NCBI GenBank assembly: GCA_965644295.1
Contig: CBFFRP010000208.1
Location: forward strand, 1-64,000
From: Paraphysomonas bandaiensis
Taxonomy: Eukaryota > Protista > Chrysophyceae
DNA: 64,000 bases
Reading direction: 5' to 3'
Shown here: positions 1 through 11,369 of the stretch, in pieces
How the letters are laid out: each line of letters begins with the position of its first letter
How positions within the stretch are numbered: the stretch's first letter is position 1
Notes under the pieces: generated by a model
Database searches by the model: none
What the model saw: the letters and a program-made list of their open reading frames with translations, nothing else
Told to the model about the DNA's origin: nothing
Program-made: the position numbers and the translations under genes

Positions 1-474
1 CTGTAACCATTAAGTGTGATTCTTTGGTTAGACATGCGCATGATTATGCTGAATGTCTGGCTCAGACAGGATAATTTGTTGGGTGGTGTGTGACGATGCA
101 ACTGCACCGGACGATGACATTAGAGCGAACATACTAGCAAATAACCCTAAGTTCATGTCTCGAAAAAGAAATGGAAGATATACAGAACCCATCTGAGGTG
201 GCTGTACAAAAAACATTCACTACCTTCGCAGGAATGGTGATCTGGATTAGGGCCATATTTCGTAAGGGTAAAAATCACGAATTTTGAACTGTTCACTTTC
301 ACTTATCTTAACGGTGTGTAGTAAAACGGCTGGTAGGTGGTAGCTAAAACTTACTGTGTCCTATGTCTTTGTGGCGTAAGCTTATCGGTGCATATGTACT
401 TTTAAGACTTACGTCTAGTTCTTGAAATATACTTGCTGGTTATTAGGAGCAGTTAGTTATGAGTGAACGAACTG
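1..474 (+). mobile_element. Decayed 3' part of a second IS630/Tc1-type transposon copy (truncated by window start)
   Basis: 1-474 is the diverged reverse complement of 865-1327. It encodes the transposase C-terminus (VTIKCDSLVRHAHD...RNGDLD*) with frameshifting indels, and ends in TIR GAGCAGTTAGTTATGAGTGAACGAACTG at 447-474 followed by TA. Confidence 0.85.
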
Positions 475-864
475 TAATAATGTATGGTCGGCAACGCTTA
501 AAGCTCTGCGAATGTAGTTGTAGTGATATAATGGCGAAGCTTTAAGCAAAAACTCATAAAACCTTGAAGTCTAATTTAAATATAGAATATAATAATGTAA
601 TGCTATATTATATATAGACGCTCAATTTATTTTTACAGCAAGCCCAAAAACAAGCAATAATGCCATTTTCAATGCATTGAAAATGGCATTATTGCTTGTT
701 TTGGGCTTTGTATAAATTGACATCTATATATAATATAGCATTACATTATTATATTCTATATTTAAATTAGAATTCAAGGTTTTATGAGTTTTTGCTTAAA
801 GCTTCGCCATTATATCACTACAACTACATTCCAGAGCTTTAAGCATTGCCATTATACATTATTA
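475..864. repeat. ~390-bp palindromic spacer between the two transposon copies, with a perfect loopless 56-bp core at 647-702
   Basis: CAAGCAATAATGCCATTTTCAATG|CATTGAAAATGGCATTATTGCTTG centred at 674/675. The arms match, with a few indels, out to both TIRs. Confidence 0.95.
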
Positions 865-3361
865 CAGTTCGTTCACTCATAACTAACTGCTCCTAATATC
901 AGCAAGTATATTTCTAGAACTAGACATAAGTCTTAAAAAGTAAGCATATGCACTGAAAGCTTATGTCACAAAGACATATGAGACAAAGTTTTAGCTTCTA
1001 CCTACAAGCCGTTTTACTATACCGTTAAGATAAGTGAAAGTGAACAGTTCAAAATTCGTGATTTTTACCCTTACGAAATATGGCCCTAATCCATATCACC
1101 ATTCCTGTGAATAGTGAAGTGTACAGCCACCTCAGATGGGTTCTGTATATCTTCCATTTCTTTTTCAGACATAAACTTAGGGTTATTTGCTAGTATATTC
1201 TCTCTAATGTCATCGTCAGGTACAGTTACATTGTCATACACACCACCCAACAAATTATCCTGTCTGAGCCAGATATTCATACAATCATGCGCATGTCTAA
1301 CCAAAGAATCACACTTAATGGTTACAGAATGCTTTTTGAAGAAGTCTTGTATCCACTTCATGTCTCTACCAGAAAAGTACCTTCGTCCAATGCTATTTTT
1401 GATGTTTGCCCAGTAGAGTTCTATCGGTTGGAAATTACACATGTAAGGTGGGGTAAATATCACCTCCCAACCAAGCTCTGCAAAGCGACATTCTACCCAA
1501 GTCAGCAAGTCGCGAGGCTTGTAATCAGCTAGAATGTCGTGAACAGCCTCTTGAAGCTCCCTGAGAGATGGACCTGCTGGAGAATTTGGAAACCCTCCAT
1601 GCCTAGGCACTTCAAACTGAAGCAGCGTGCCATTCCTGTTGACAGTAATACGGGACCCCCTAGGCAGACACTTGCGCAAATGCAGCGTACACTCACTCTT
1701 GCTGAGACGATGTGGGTTAATCATGCCTCCCATATGGTAGGGGGCATTGTCCAATACTAGTATGCAAGGGGTACGAGGATACTTTCTCTTCCATGTTGGA
1801 ACAAAACAACAGTTAATCCATTTCTGAAACGACTCGAAATTCATGGCAGTGTGGTAGTCTCCTGATTTTGTATAGAGGAAGGACCACAACGTCGACCATA
1901 ATTTACCTTTTTCATTCTCTAATTGCCAACGAATTGCACCATCAGAAGTAATTGCATCGACAATTATCAAACGATCTCCCTTAGACGACTTTGTTCCTTG
2001 CCGTGTCACTCCTTTGGGTCCTATGCCAGTCTTCCTGCTATGATATCTCCACACCCATGTCTCATCCATGTATGCAATGCAGGCACTCCCTTGTTTTTCC
2101 TTTTTAATTGCATCTGTAGAGACGCTAATGTTAATACACACCATAACAAGTAATAAATGTTACGGTATCACAGCACATACATCATCATCGGTTTTTGTAT
2201 ATAAAATAACATAATTTCTTCAACAATAACGTACCACTATACAACAGCATAAATCGTCGGATTTGCAGTGTTATTTTTACTGAAGTAGTGTTATACGGAA
2301 TGACACCATTAACATAATCAAAGTCAAAACACATTCGTTTTCGTAAAGCGGTGTATGACACTTTGATGTCAAATTGGTTCTCGAGATACCGATGCAGGTC
2401 CGCATATGTATGCCTTACACCATCCCGCAATTCATTCATAATGTAGTCATGACATGAAATAAGCATCTCTTTCTGAATTTTCATGTGCTCATAAACATAG
2501 GCCTTGCTGCCTGTACCTCGAGTTGGTGCTATACTGCACGGGGTACAGTACACTTCTTGACCATTTGTGTCATACTCCTGAATGATATGTCTAACAGTCG
2601 TGTCGCCCATCTGTAATGCGTCAGCAGTAAATTTAATGGCTGCGGTGTGATTGCTTGCTCTCTTCTTCATAATAACATTAGAATAGATGCGTAAGACATT
2701 AACAACATCATCGAATGATGCCAATTGGCCCTGAGGTCGACATAGCTCCTCCCGAATGGCAACAGCCCTGTCTCTGAAGTCACACTGAACTTCTGCTTTT
2801 TCCTCCACCACCTCAGGGTCTTCTTGGACTAATTCTTCCTCTATCCCTACTGGACGTCGCCTTGCACGTAATTCTCTTTTCTCTCTATTCTTCCTGCCCT
2901 TTTGACCGTGCATTGTATCCACTGCAGACCTCTTTCCACGGGATGATTTTCTGACAGATTTTGATCTCTTGTTAATCGCCATGTTTGAAACAAGCAGGCC
3001 CTTAAATAAAAATACCCAACGTGAGATTGTCACCAGTGATGTTGCGATACTTACCACAAAATATGGAGTTCGTTTGAGGTGAAATGCAAAATATATATTT
3101 TGCACGCCACCGGACCTCGAAAATTTTGGGACCACTGTGTTGGCATCATTCTAATATTGGACATAGAGTATGAATGAGATATTTTAAGCATGCAAATGGA
3201 AGCCTGTGACCTGAGTGACAGTGTCAAGTCGGTTTGGAAGGGTGTGTGGGAGCAGTCGTGGTGAAATTGAGAGATTTCCTGAAATATTATCAAACTCAAT
3301 AACTGAAAAAAACGTAACTGTCGACCGTTTTTTGAGCAGTTAGTTATGGGTGAACGAACTG
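865..3361 (-). mobile_element. Full-length IS630-Tc1-mariner superfamily DNA transposon (~2.5 kb), Sailor-like long DD-E spacing
   Basis: 28-bp TIRs: CAGTTCGTTCACTCATAACTAACTGCTC at 865-892 and its complement at 3334-3361 (1 mismatch). TA lies on both sides (863-864, 3362-3363), and there is an internal transposase gene. Confidence 0.92.
1086..2982 (-). CDS. DDE transposase (DDE_3-like, DD109E), two exons 2982-2235 and 2113-1086
   Basis: Motifs YMDETW, VLDNAPYH and FTPPY..FQPIE.YW. HTH-like N-terminal region with a basic NLS-like stretch. The GT-AG intron at 2234-2114 joins YS|DAIK in frame. Confidence 0.88.
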
Positions 3362-3541
3362 TATAAAAAAGTCATATAGATAACAAAGTAGATTTAATAA
3401 GTAGTTTTTATGGTAGAATCCCGGGGCTTTTACAAACCTTACAAATTAAATTATTTTTCATTTTAATTTTTCCCTCCCCCTATATCTACTATTAAATCTA
3501 CTTATTAAATCTACTTTACTATCTATATTACTTTTTATTAT
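3362..3541. repeat. ~40-bp imperfect inverted repeat (MITE-like) abutting the transposon end
   Basis: TATAAAAAAGTCATATAGATAACAAAGTAGATTTAATAAGTAG (3362-3404) pairs with CTACTTATTAAATCTACTTTACTATCTATATTACTTTTTATTA (~3498-3540). Confidence 0.7.
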
Positions 3542-3547
3542 AAACAT

Positions 3548-3700
3548 TATAAATAATATATAAAGTAATTAATTTTATTTAAGAATATAAATAATATATA
3601 AAGTAATTAATTTTATTTAAGAATATAAATAATATATAAAGTAATTAAAAGTTATTAATAATATATAAAGTAATTAAGTTATTAATAATATATAAAGTTA
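3548..3700. repeat. AT-rich tandem repeat (38-bp unit x2 plus shorter variants)
   Basis: TATAAATAATATATAAAGTAATTAATTTTATTTAAGAA repeated; the core ATAATATATAAAGT occurs five times. Confidence 0.9.
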
Positions 3701-3826
3701 AATTAGCAAAGAGAAGGAATTACAACCGAAGGTTGTAATTTGAAACTCTCGAAGAGAAGAGCCCCTTGCAGGGGCGTTGGGGGGTAGAAAAAAAGGCTTG
3801 CCCTTGTCCTCCTCTCTTCGTTTTTT

Positions 3827-4008
3827 AGAACGGAAGTGGTCGCACCTTGGTGCGCAGCAGCTTCTGTAGCGTTGCATAGTAGTTTATGATAATTTGGACT
3901 AGTTAGCTAGTTAGTTACAGGGAGAAGTCGATCTAGCTTGACTAGTCTTCATCTAGCTATTTGTCTGGTGATGGTTCTTGACGTCTATTGCTAATAATAA
4001 GACTTTCA
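3827..4008 (+). repeat. Dispersed ~190-bp element 'R', copy 1
   Basis: AGAACGGAAGTGGTCGCACCTTGGTGC...CTATTGCTAATAATAAGACTTTCA, shared with the copies at 15445, 16630, 29482, 39965 and 40485. Confidence 0.85.
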
Positions 4009-4401
4009 TATATGCTGTATTTGACATAGCAGTATACGAAATCTTAAGTTTATTCGTTTACTACATTCGAGAATTGCCTGCTGTAATTTGTTTATAGCTT
4101 ATAATGAATACGGAAATAACAATGTGTACAACTGATGATCATAGATGCTGAGGGCTGAGGAATACTCAAGATTTTGGCGTATTAATACCATTTATAATTT
4201 ATAAATATACGGACAAAGTATCTACCTATTTCTAGGATTAAATATTCAGGATAAACAGTGCAAGTTCTGATGCCATAATATGTCTACTCTCAACATGTTT
4301 CAGCAATTATATAGCAGAAAGTGGATTTCAAAAAGAGAATATTATTTTTCATCGGCACACAGAATGATCATTCTGAACCTAAATCTGGATCTACATTCTC
4401 A

Positions 4402-7400
4402 TCAAGACGAAATTAATTTACTGCTTACTCTATCTTTTACGCAATTTAAAAATACTGAAAATCCTCCATCCAGGTTGGAATAGTCATCAATGAGCTTTTC
4501 GTTGAAGAAGTGAGATGTTAGTGTTCCAGCATCAGATGTAATAATTTTCGGAACTACGGCAGACATTCTGATTCGACGACACAGATCGTGGACAATCCAC
4601 GCCCCATTAGTAATAGATGGGTCAAATTTAGGAACTGACTCCCTGCCACTTTTTCCTTGTGCTCTACTATCTGGCTCATTGGAACTGTCGTCGCCGACGA
4701 CAGGATCGCCCGGCTTGGTTGGAGGCTTCATAGTCCTGCAATAAAGCATATATGTCACAGAACTTAGTACACAAGTTGGCTGGGTACGTACCTATAAAGC
4801 AGTATATCTTTGCCTGAATCGACAATATATCGGTTGTGGCATGTGGTCACAACGGCTTCTCTTCTGAGGCGTAGTCGTTCAGTTCTTATTACACAATGAG
4901 AAGAGTCGTCTATTGGAAAGAGCTCAGGGTACACAATATGCTCCAGAGCGAAATAATCATTCGACAGTAATATGGAGGAGAGCTGCAGATAAGTTTAACA
5001 TATGCGCTCACTAGCAATGTCAGTGTTTTACCTCTGCAAACACGTCCTCACAAGCAGTGTTTTGAGAGGTACTATTCGTTCCACCAGAGTGTGACCGAAT
5101 GGCCAGGACATTTAACGCACCATATATAAGTTGTAAATATCTATACACCTGACCACAACGAAATATTCAAAAAATGATAAATGTACACTTCAACATACCT
5201 GGGGTAGAGAAAATGCCTCTTCGACAAGAGAGTTCACAATTTCTTTTGTCATATCATCACTTTCACCAGCCAAGATACTATCTGCATCATCACGCGACTG
5301 CATATCTCTACTGTGACGATGCGCCCATATCATGTGACACACCGACACAACTACGCGGTCACACCATTCTTCTATCGTTGTATTTCTGTCCTGATTCACT
5401 ACCAAAAATATAAATCAGTACACTCTCCATACAATTTTCTAATATTGTACCTGTCGATTTCAAAGCACTTCGAACGATGAGCGTAGCCATAGTAGGTATG
5501 TGTACACATTTCAGTAGTCGTGGAAGCTTATTCGTGCATTCTAAAAATAGTTGACTGAGGTATATCAACAGAAAACACACAGACTATCACCTATCATACA
5601 TGTAATAACACGCAATCTGCGAACAGCCACCAGTTGCTTATCATGCCCGTAGATACACGAAATATTCGAACTGAATTTACTGTCAACAAGCATTGGAAAG
5701 AGTCCACTAACGCATAAAAAAAGTGACTTACTCTTTACCGCCTTTTTTCATCAACCAACTATTGTACTTCTTGGCTTCTTCGTACGCTTTGCCTTCACCA
5801 ACAGTGTTACATACGTATTCCTCATACTTCCTCGCCACTTTTTCACTCATATCACAGATACTCCTATCAGGAGTAGATGAAAGGGCAGCATCATCTTCAC
5901 TCTCACTATCGCTCCCATTGAAGCGATAGTTTTCTCCTCGTCGGTCGCTGGTATCAACACTTACTTCCACAAGGGTGCTGTACGAAAAGGCAATCTACAG
6001 AATCTATAAAAGGAATGTGACTCTGGTAATAAAAGCTTACCTGAACTGCAACATTCCTATGTTTCCCACTTCTATCGCGGTATTTATCACTTTCTATATT
6101 CGTGAGACTCGAATATTGGAGCATGTAGCTATACGCAGAGTCGGGGCTGTACAAATAGTGATCACAGATTGTAAGGAGTAAGTTCTTTAGATATATGCAC
6201 AATTTAGACCTGCACAAAGCCACCCTATAGACATCTGGTAACTCCTCATCCGGCATGCAGTGACCAATTGCAGTGCTATGATTACACCAGCGTTGAGAAG
6301 CTCAAGGAAAGAGCAATACCTTACCTCGCCGCCTTTTCGTCAATCACAGAGCTAGCACGCATCCTCAACAAGCATTTGCTGGCTACCTGAGAAGAGACTG
6401 TCCTCACCATTTGTGTTGTTAGCCGCAGTCTCTCCGCAGATGGATCTGTCCCTAGAGTAAATCTATATACCTACCAAACCGATCACACTACTCATTGATG
6501 CAAACAAGGCCTCTACCTTTCCACCTGTGAGAGTGGTGAGGGGCATGAGTTGCGATAAAGACACGTTACTGCTGTCAAAGTCAGCAAGACCCCACACATT
6601 TACTCCTAGACCACTGCGTGCACACTTAGTAGCCAGGTTCTGTATCGCACACACTTCCTTTACAACAAACGCATATTGTGGAAAAAACAAAGGCTAACCT
6701 TAACCCAGTCCTCAGACAGGCTGGGGCGTGAATGACCCGTAGCTGTCGTAATGCCAACGCTATCATGGCTACCAGAGGTTAGGTCCTGCATAAAATACGA
6801 TCATCACATGCCATGATACATTATTTTATTACTACCTGATTAGATGAAAGCATCAGATGCAATACAACGCCAGTGCAGTCATCTATAGCTGCCCCAATAG
6901 GTTGCCCTCTTTTTCCGATATCCCACTCGTCTCGAGCTTCTTCGTAGTCTTCACCCCCCAATATTCCCAGTCCTGTCAGTAACCCTATGAATCCACTCCG
7001 GGTGGGGGCTACCTCGGCACTGGACACTCCATCTTTCTCGACTTCCTTATTCTGATGGATCGGGGCATCACATATCCAAGACACAACCTCCTCAAGAGCT
7101 GGTCCAAGCAAGACCTGACCGCAATAGAGGAGATATTGGGACAGGTCGATAAACGGATGGGTACGTACCAATGGACCACTAAGAGCACAAGACGAAGCGG
7201 ATGGAGAAGCATCGTGAAGGGAAGAAAGTGCAGTTTGAAAATTTTCCCTGTCAATTAATATTAGTGCAAACACTTGAACAACGTAAGTACGCACCTACAC
7301 TCTCCAATGGGAAGAGACACGTCAGCAAAAAGAGCCGCCTCCTCCATTGCAAGTAAAGGACATACGGTACCGCCGGCCACAGACGGGATTGTACCATCCT

Positions 7401-8637
7401 GGCCGTCCAGAGCTATGGTGCTGCCACTATGTTCTGTCGTAAAGTGTACGTACTGCACGCAGGCGGCCCCTTTAGAGCCTCGTAACCTGCCCCTACTTAG
7501 ATTGTGCAAATTCTAACAAGTTAAAAGTTTCTCACCGATACAAGCCAATTCGGTTTGAAAAGGTCAGAAGCACCACTTCTACGTCAGGGTGGAGGCACTT
7601 TGATACTTCTGTGAGTGCTTCTATAGTCTGTCATAACGAAATCGTTAAACTGAAGACAACTGTACTTCAACACTTACAGCTTGCAAGCAGTCAAGAGTCA
7701 TGCTTTCCTGCACCTAACGAGCATAAAATAATTACTAAAAGACCAGTAGTACAAGCCGTATATTAAGAAACAGTACACTCCATTCATAGCTCACCAAAAA
7801 TACGTGCACGAATGGTCTGTTATGCGCGGGACATGAGAGAGATCCACTGTATACAAAATTACCAGCGGAACATGAGCACCAGTATTCCTTACCCGCTCCG
7901 CTGGTTGTAGGTGCCATCATCACTACAGAGATATGAAACATGACTAACAAGAGATATATCAACATACCTGATTGGAAGAGGGTAGTCGATCATCAAATTT
8001 TGCATTTCTGGTAGCATTCTCAGATCAACTTTTCTGTATCTCAACTGCGGAATGCTATGATCTGATATAACCACACCAGTAAACACTCACCATGCTGCGA
8101 GAAAATGAGTTCCGTGTACCACACAATGAGCATATCCAGCGAATTGATGTCGAGTCACAAAACGGGTTAATATACGCAGCACAGTTGGAACATCGAGCAA
8201 TCCGGGTAGCAGAGGTTGACATCTTTCCATTACGCTGTCTGAAAAACCAGACATATTTCAGAGCATGCATTAAGCACACACAGACACATAAAGCAACTCA
8301 AAATATTACCAGAACACCCTTCATATATACACATACATGCATCTATACATGCATCTATACATACATATAGACATACACGAATATACATATGACGGGTCAT
8401 TCTTATGTCAGCCATCCATACATTTGAGATCTATCTGATGATGGTATAAAAGGAGTCACCAGGAAGCCAAAAGGCATGCCAACTAACGCCTGAGAAGCCT
8501 CTGAATTGAGTGTGAAATACAATCAAATCAAGTGACTTGTTATCACCTGATTCTGGAAACTCTGAGTGAGAGAATGACATGGGAAACATTTCCGGATAAC
8601 AGAAAGACTCCCGGGTGTGTCCCTCGTCATCGTCCAT
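4402..8637 (-). CDS. Divergent Sec23/Sec24-family protein (multi-exon)
   Basis: N-terminal MPFGFLVTPF, Zn finger RCSNCAAYINPFC..WICSLCG, trunk/vWA segments (LGPALEEV, LMPLTTLTGG), beta-sandwich NVAVQVSF and C-terminal GFSVFL. Exon boundaries are only partly resolved. Confidence 0.78.
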
Positions 8638-9190
8638 GGTGTGTAAGGGTATATATGGTGAGAGGTTAAGGGGAGAATGATGTGATTGTATCAGAGGATT
8701 GTTCATTAACACACACATACATACATACTGAGCTATCCGTGCAATTAGACTGAACTACCCGTACATAGGACTATCCGTACATATATACATCCATGCAACT
8801 ACCCGTCCACCCGTGAATATACTACCAACACTATCCGTACATACATAGACAATTGTATTTTGTGTACTGCAATACTTCACCATATGTACCACTCCACAGG
8901 ACATCCACAAAGTACAACAGTACAACAGTACAACATGTGTGGTCCGGCAGATACCACTCTGTACAGCAGTACATATTCTACTTCTAGAGGAATCGCAGAC
9001 CAAAATACAGTCCTGTACTGGGTACACAGTGATGCATAGCATATACAGCCGTATGGTGTATGTGTATGTGTGTATATGCTATACGTACAGCACCCTCAGA
9101 GATCACTCTCATATATACACATACATACAAACATCCACATACATAATCCTCCTGCATCTACCAACTAAACACATTAATCTCAACTCTAAT

Positions 9191-10446
9191 ATGGCTGATC
9201 TACTAGCCCTAAAAAAAGAGTCCGAGAGATTGGGCAGAGAGCAAGCGGATGTAGAGGAGAGATTGCGTACAATGGATCGCCATCGATCTAATCGTAAATA
9301 TGACTCTCGTCGAGGTGGAAGAGGAGGAAACAGGTCATATGGGGGTATACCTCACTCATCTAATCAGAGGAAGAGAGGGAGAGATGCGGATATAGCGGAA
9401 ACTCGTCCGAAACAACAGCCGCGTATTATGTCTGCTATTGCTGCAGTAGTGCAACCAGCTCATGATCATGATGATGTGGGAGGCTCACAATACAAAGACG
9501 ACGATAGATGGGCTCCTGATATGGGCGAGGAAGCAGCGAAGCCCGCTCCACAGGAGGCTTACTTGAAGCCAGCTACGGTGCAAAGAAACAGGCGAATGTT
9601 CAGTGCCCTTATGGGGCACCTTGATAGGGCACAGAAGAAACTACAAGTCGACTCAAGTATCATTGAAAAACAAGATAGTAGAAAGGACCTAGCTGCTAAG
9701 AAAAATAGAGAGGAGAGTATAAGGGTTGCTGCCATACAGCGGACTGTATCGCGTGAGCAAAAGGAAAAGGTTGGTTTCGTTGCACGAACACTCTAAAGAT
9801 TTTTATATTACCTCGTAGGAACTTCATCTGAGAGAAGTAATAATGGCCAAGCAGGAAAAGATGGAAATTGCCATTGCAACTGCTGCTTGGAAGGCCCAAC
9901 AAGTCAAGCTGGAGAAGTACCTGCTGACATCTGTAGAGCCGCGGCTCGCTTGGTTGCCTGGAAAACCCTCTGATGTAACGGACGCAGCACTTACTCGTCG
10001 TGCAGAAGAGGTGCGTCAGCAAATTATATATCAGCTGAATTATAGTTATTACACTGGATAGTAGAACTTAATATATGTTGTTGCAGGTGTCAGAGGCAGT
10101 GGCGCAGCGGGAGGCGGATGACGAACAAAAGATTGCCCTTATAGATGCAAAGGTTGAAGCTAAGGCGACGAAGAGAAAGCAGGAAATGGAGAAAGACAGC
10201 CGGCAAGTATCTGAAATGGAAGGGGGTTTAGAGGAAGAAGGTGTGGAAGCAGATGTAAAGGATGAAGAGAACGGGGAAGAGAGAGATGTGGAACAACATG
10301 AAGTGGGTGTGGATGACGGAGATGACGATGATGACATCCTGGCTGCACTTGACGGGAGGACTCAGAATAAGAAATCACACTCCGATTCAGAAAACAGTGA
10401 TGACAAAGAGAGCGGCAACGATAGTGACCACATTGCTGACAACTAA
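9191..10446 (+). CDS. PNN: Pinin/SDK/memA-domain splicing-associated protein (3 exons)
   Basis: RNRRMFSALMGHL..AQ motif, coiled-coil, Y(L)LT..EPRL.WLPGK and an acidic tail. Introns at ~9769-9819 and ~10012-10087. Confidence 0.8.
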
Positions 10447-10919
10447 CTGTCCCATAAGATATAACGTAGACGTATTAAAGTTGGTCGAGTTGAGTGCCCC
10501 CTAGTTTGCAGTATTGCGATGTAGTTGAAGTGTTTAGTTGATCTTGTGCGTGATAATAGCAGTGTACGTCTTCGCACCAGAAATGTAACGAGTATTCTTA
10601 TACACGACATCATTATATTTCTATTGTACAATACGTATCATGCTAGGAGAACTAGACATTGATACTGAAATAGAAATGTGTACAGTGTACAGTAGTGAGT
10701 AAATTTTGAGAATAACGCACGTGACGACCATTAGTGAATATGTACTCATGTGCATACAAATATCTAGTTTGACAGAAAGGCCCGAATCTTTTGTTAAATA
10801 TAGGGTACACACAACGACATATTCAATTCTCTATAACCGACAATAATATATGTGAGTGTTGAAAAATGCTCGTTCTTTAACTAGATATCGGAAAGAATAA
10901 ATTAATATCGTTGGCACGA

Positions 10920-11137
10920 ATTGTGACAAACAACACAATCTCATTTTGCTTTACCCATAATCTCCTACATGTGTGAACCTCTCGCTACTTAACATATCTT
11001 TCAAGATCAAACTATTTCAGTTTCTCAATATCATTGCAGCATTAGTACTTTGTACATCACCATACTTCACTATATTCTCGTACATTGTCTTCAAGTGCCA
11101 CACTGAGTATACAATATACTAGAATATAATCCTATTC
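10920..11137 (+). repeat. ~220-bp dispersed repeat, copy 1 (copy 2 at 16399-16610)
   Basis: Shared GAACCTCTCG..ACT.AACATATCTT..AAGATCAAACT.TTTCAGTTTCTCAATATCAT and ATTCTCGTACATTGTCTTCAAGTG. Confidence 0.85.
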
Positions 11138-11369
11138 CAATAGTGAGCAGGGCTGCGTATCAATCAATTAATATTAATTGTCTGCGTTATCAAGCTCACA
11201 TGTCAGTTTGTCAACTCAATATTATACTGTAAAGCATGCAGTAACAAATAATTATTACAGATGCTCTGTTTCTTACATACTAGCGCAAAGCACATTGTGC
11301 TTGTAAACTATATTGAAATTGACGTAATATAGTCGAACTGCAGTTTGGAAAAATAAGCTTTAGCACGTT

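Noticed and set aside
3548-3700. 38-bp repeats as a possible CRISPR array
   Set aside because: No unique spacers, no cas genes and a eukaryotic context; this is a simple tandem repeat.
3827-3880. R element as a tRNA or tRNA-derived SINE, or as a hammerhead ribozyme
   Set aside because: Only a weak A-box-like GGAAGTGGT. No GTTCRA B-box or cloverleaf, and no CTGANGA...GAAA core.
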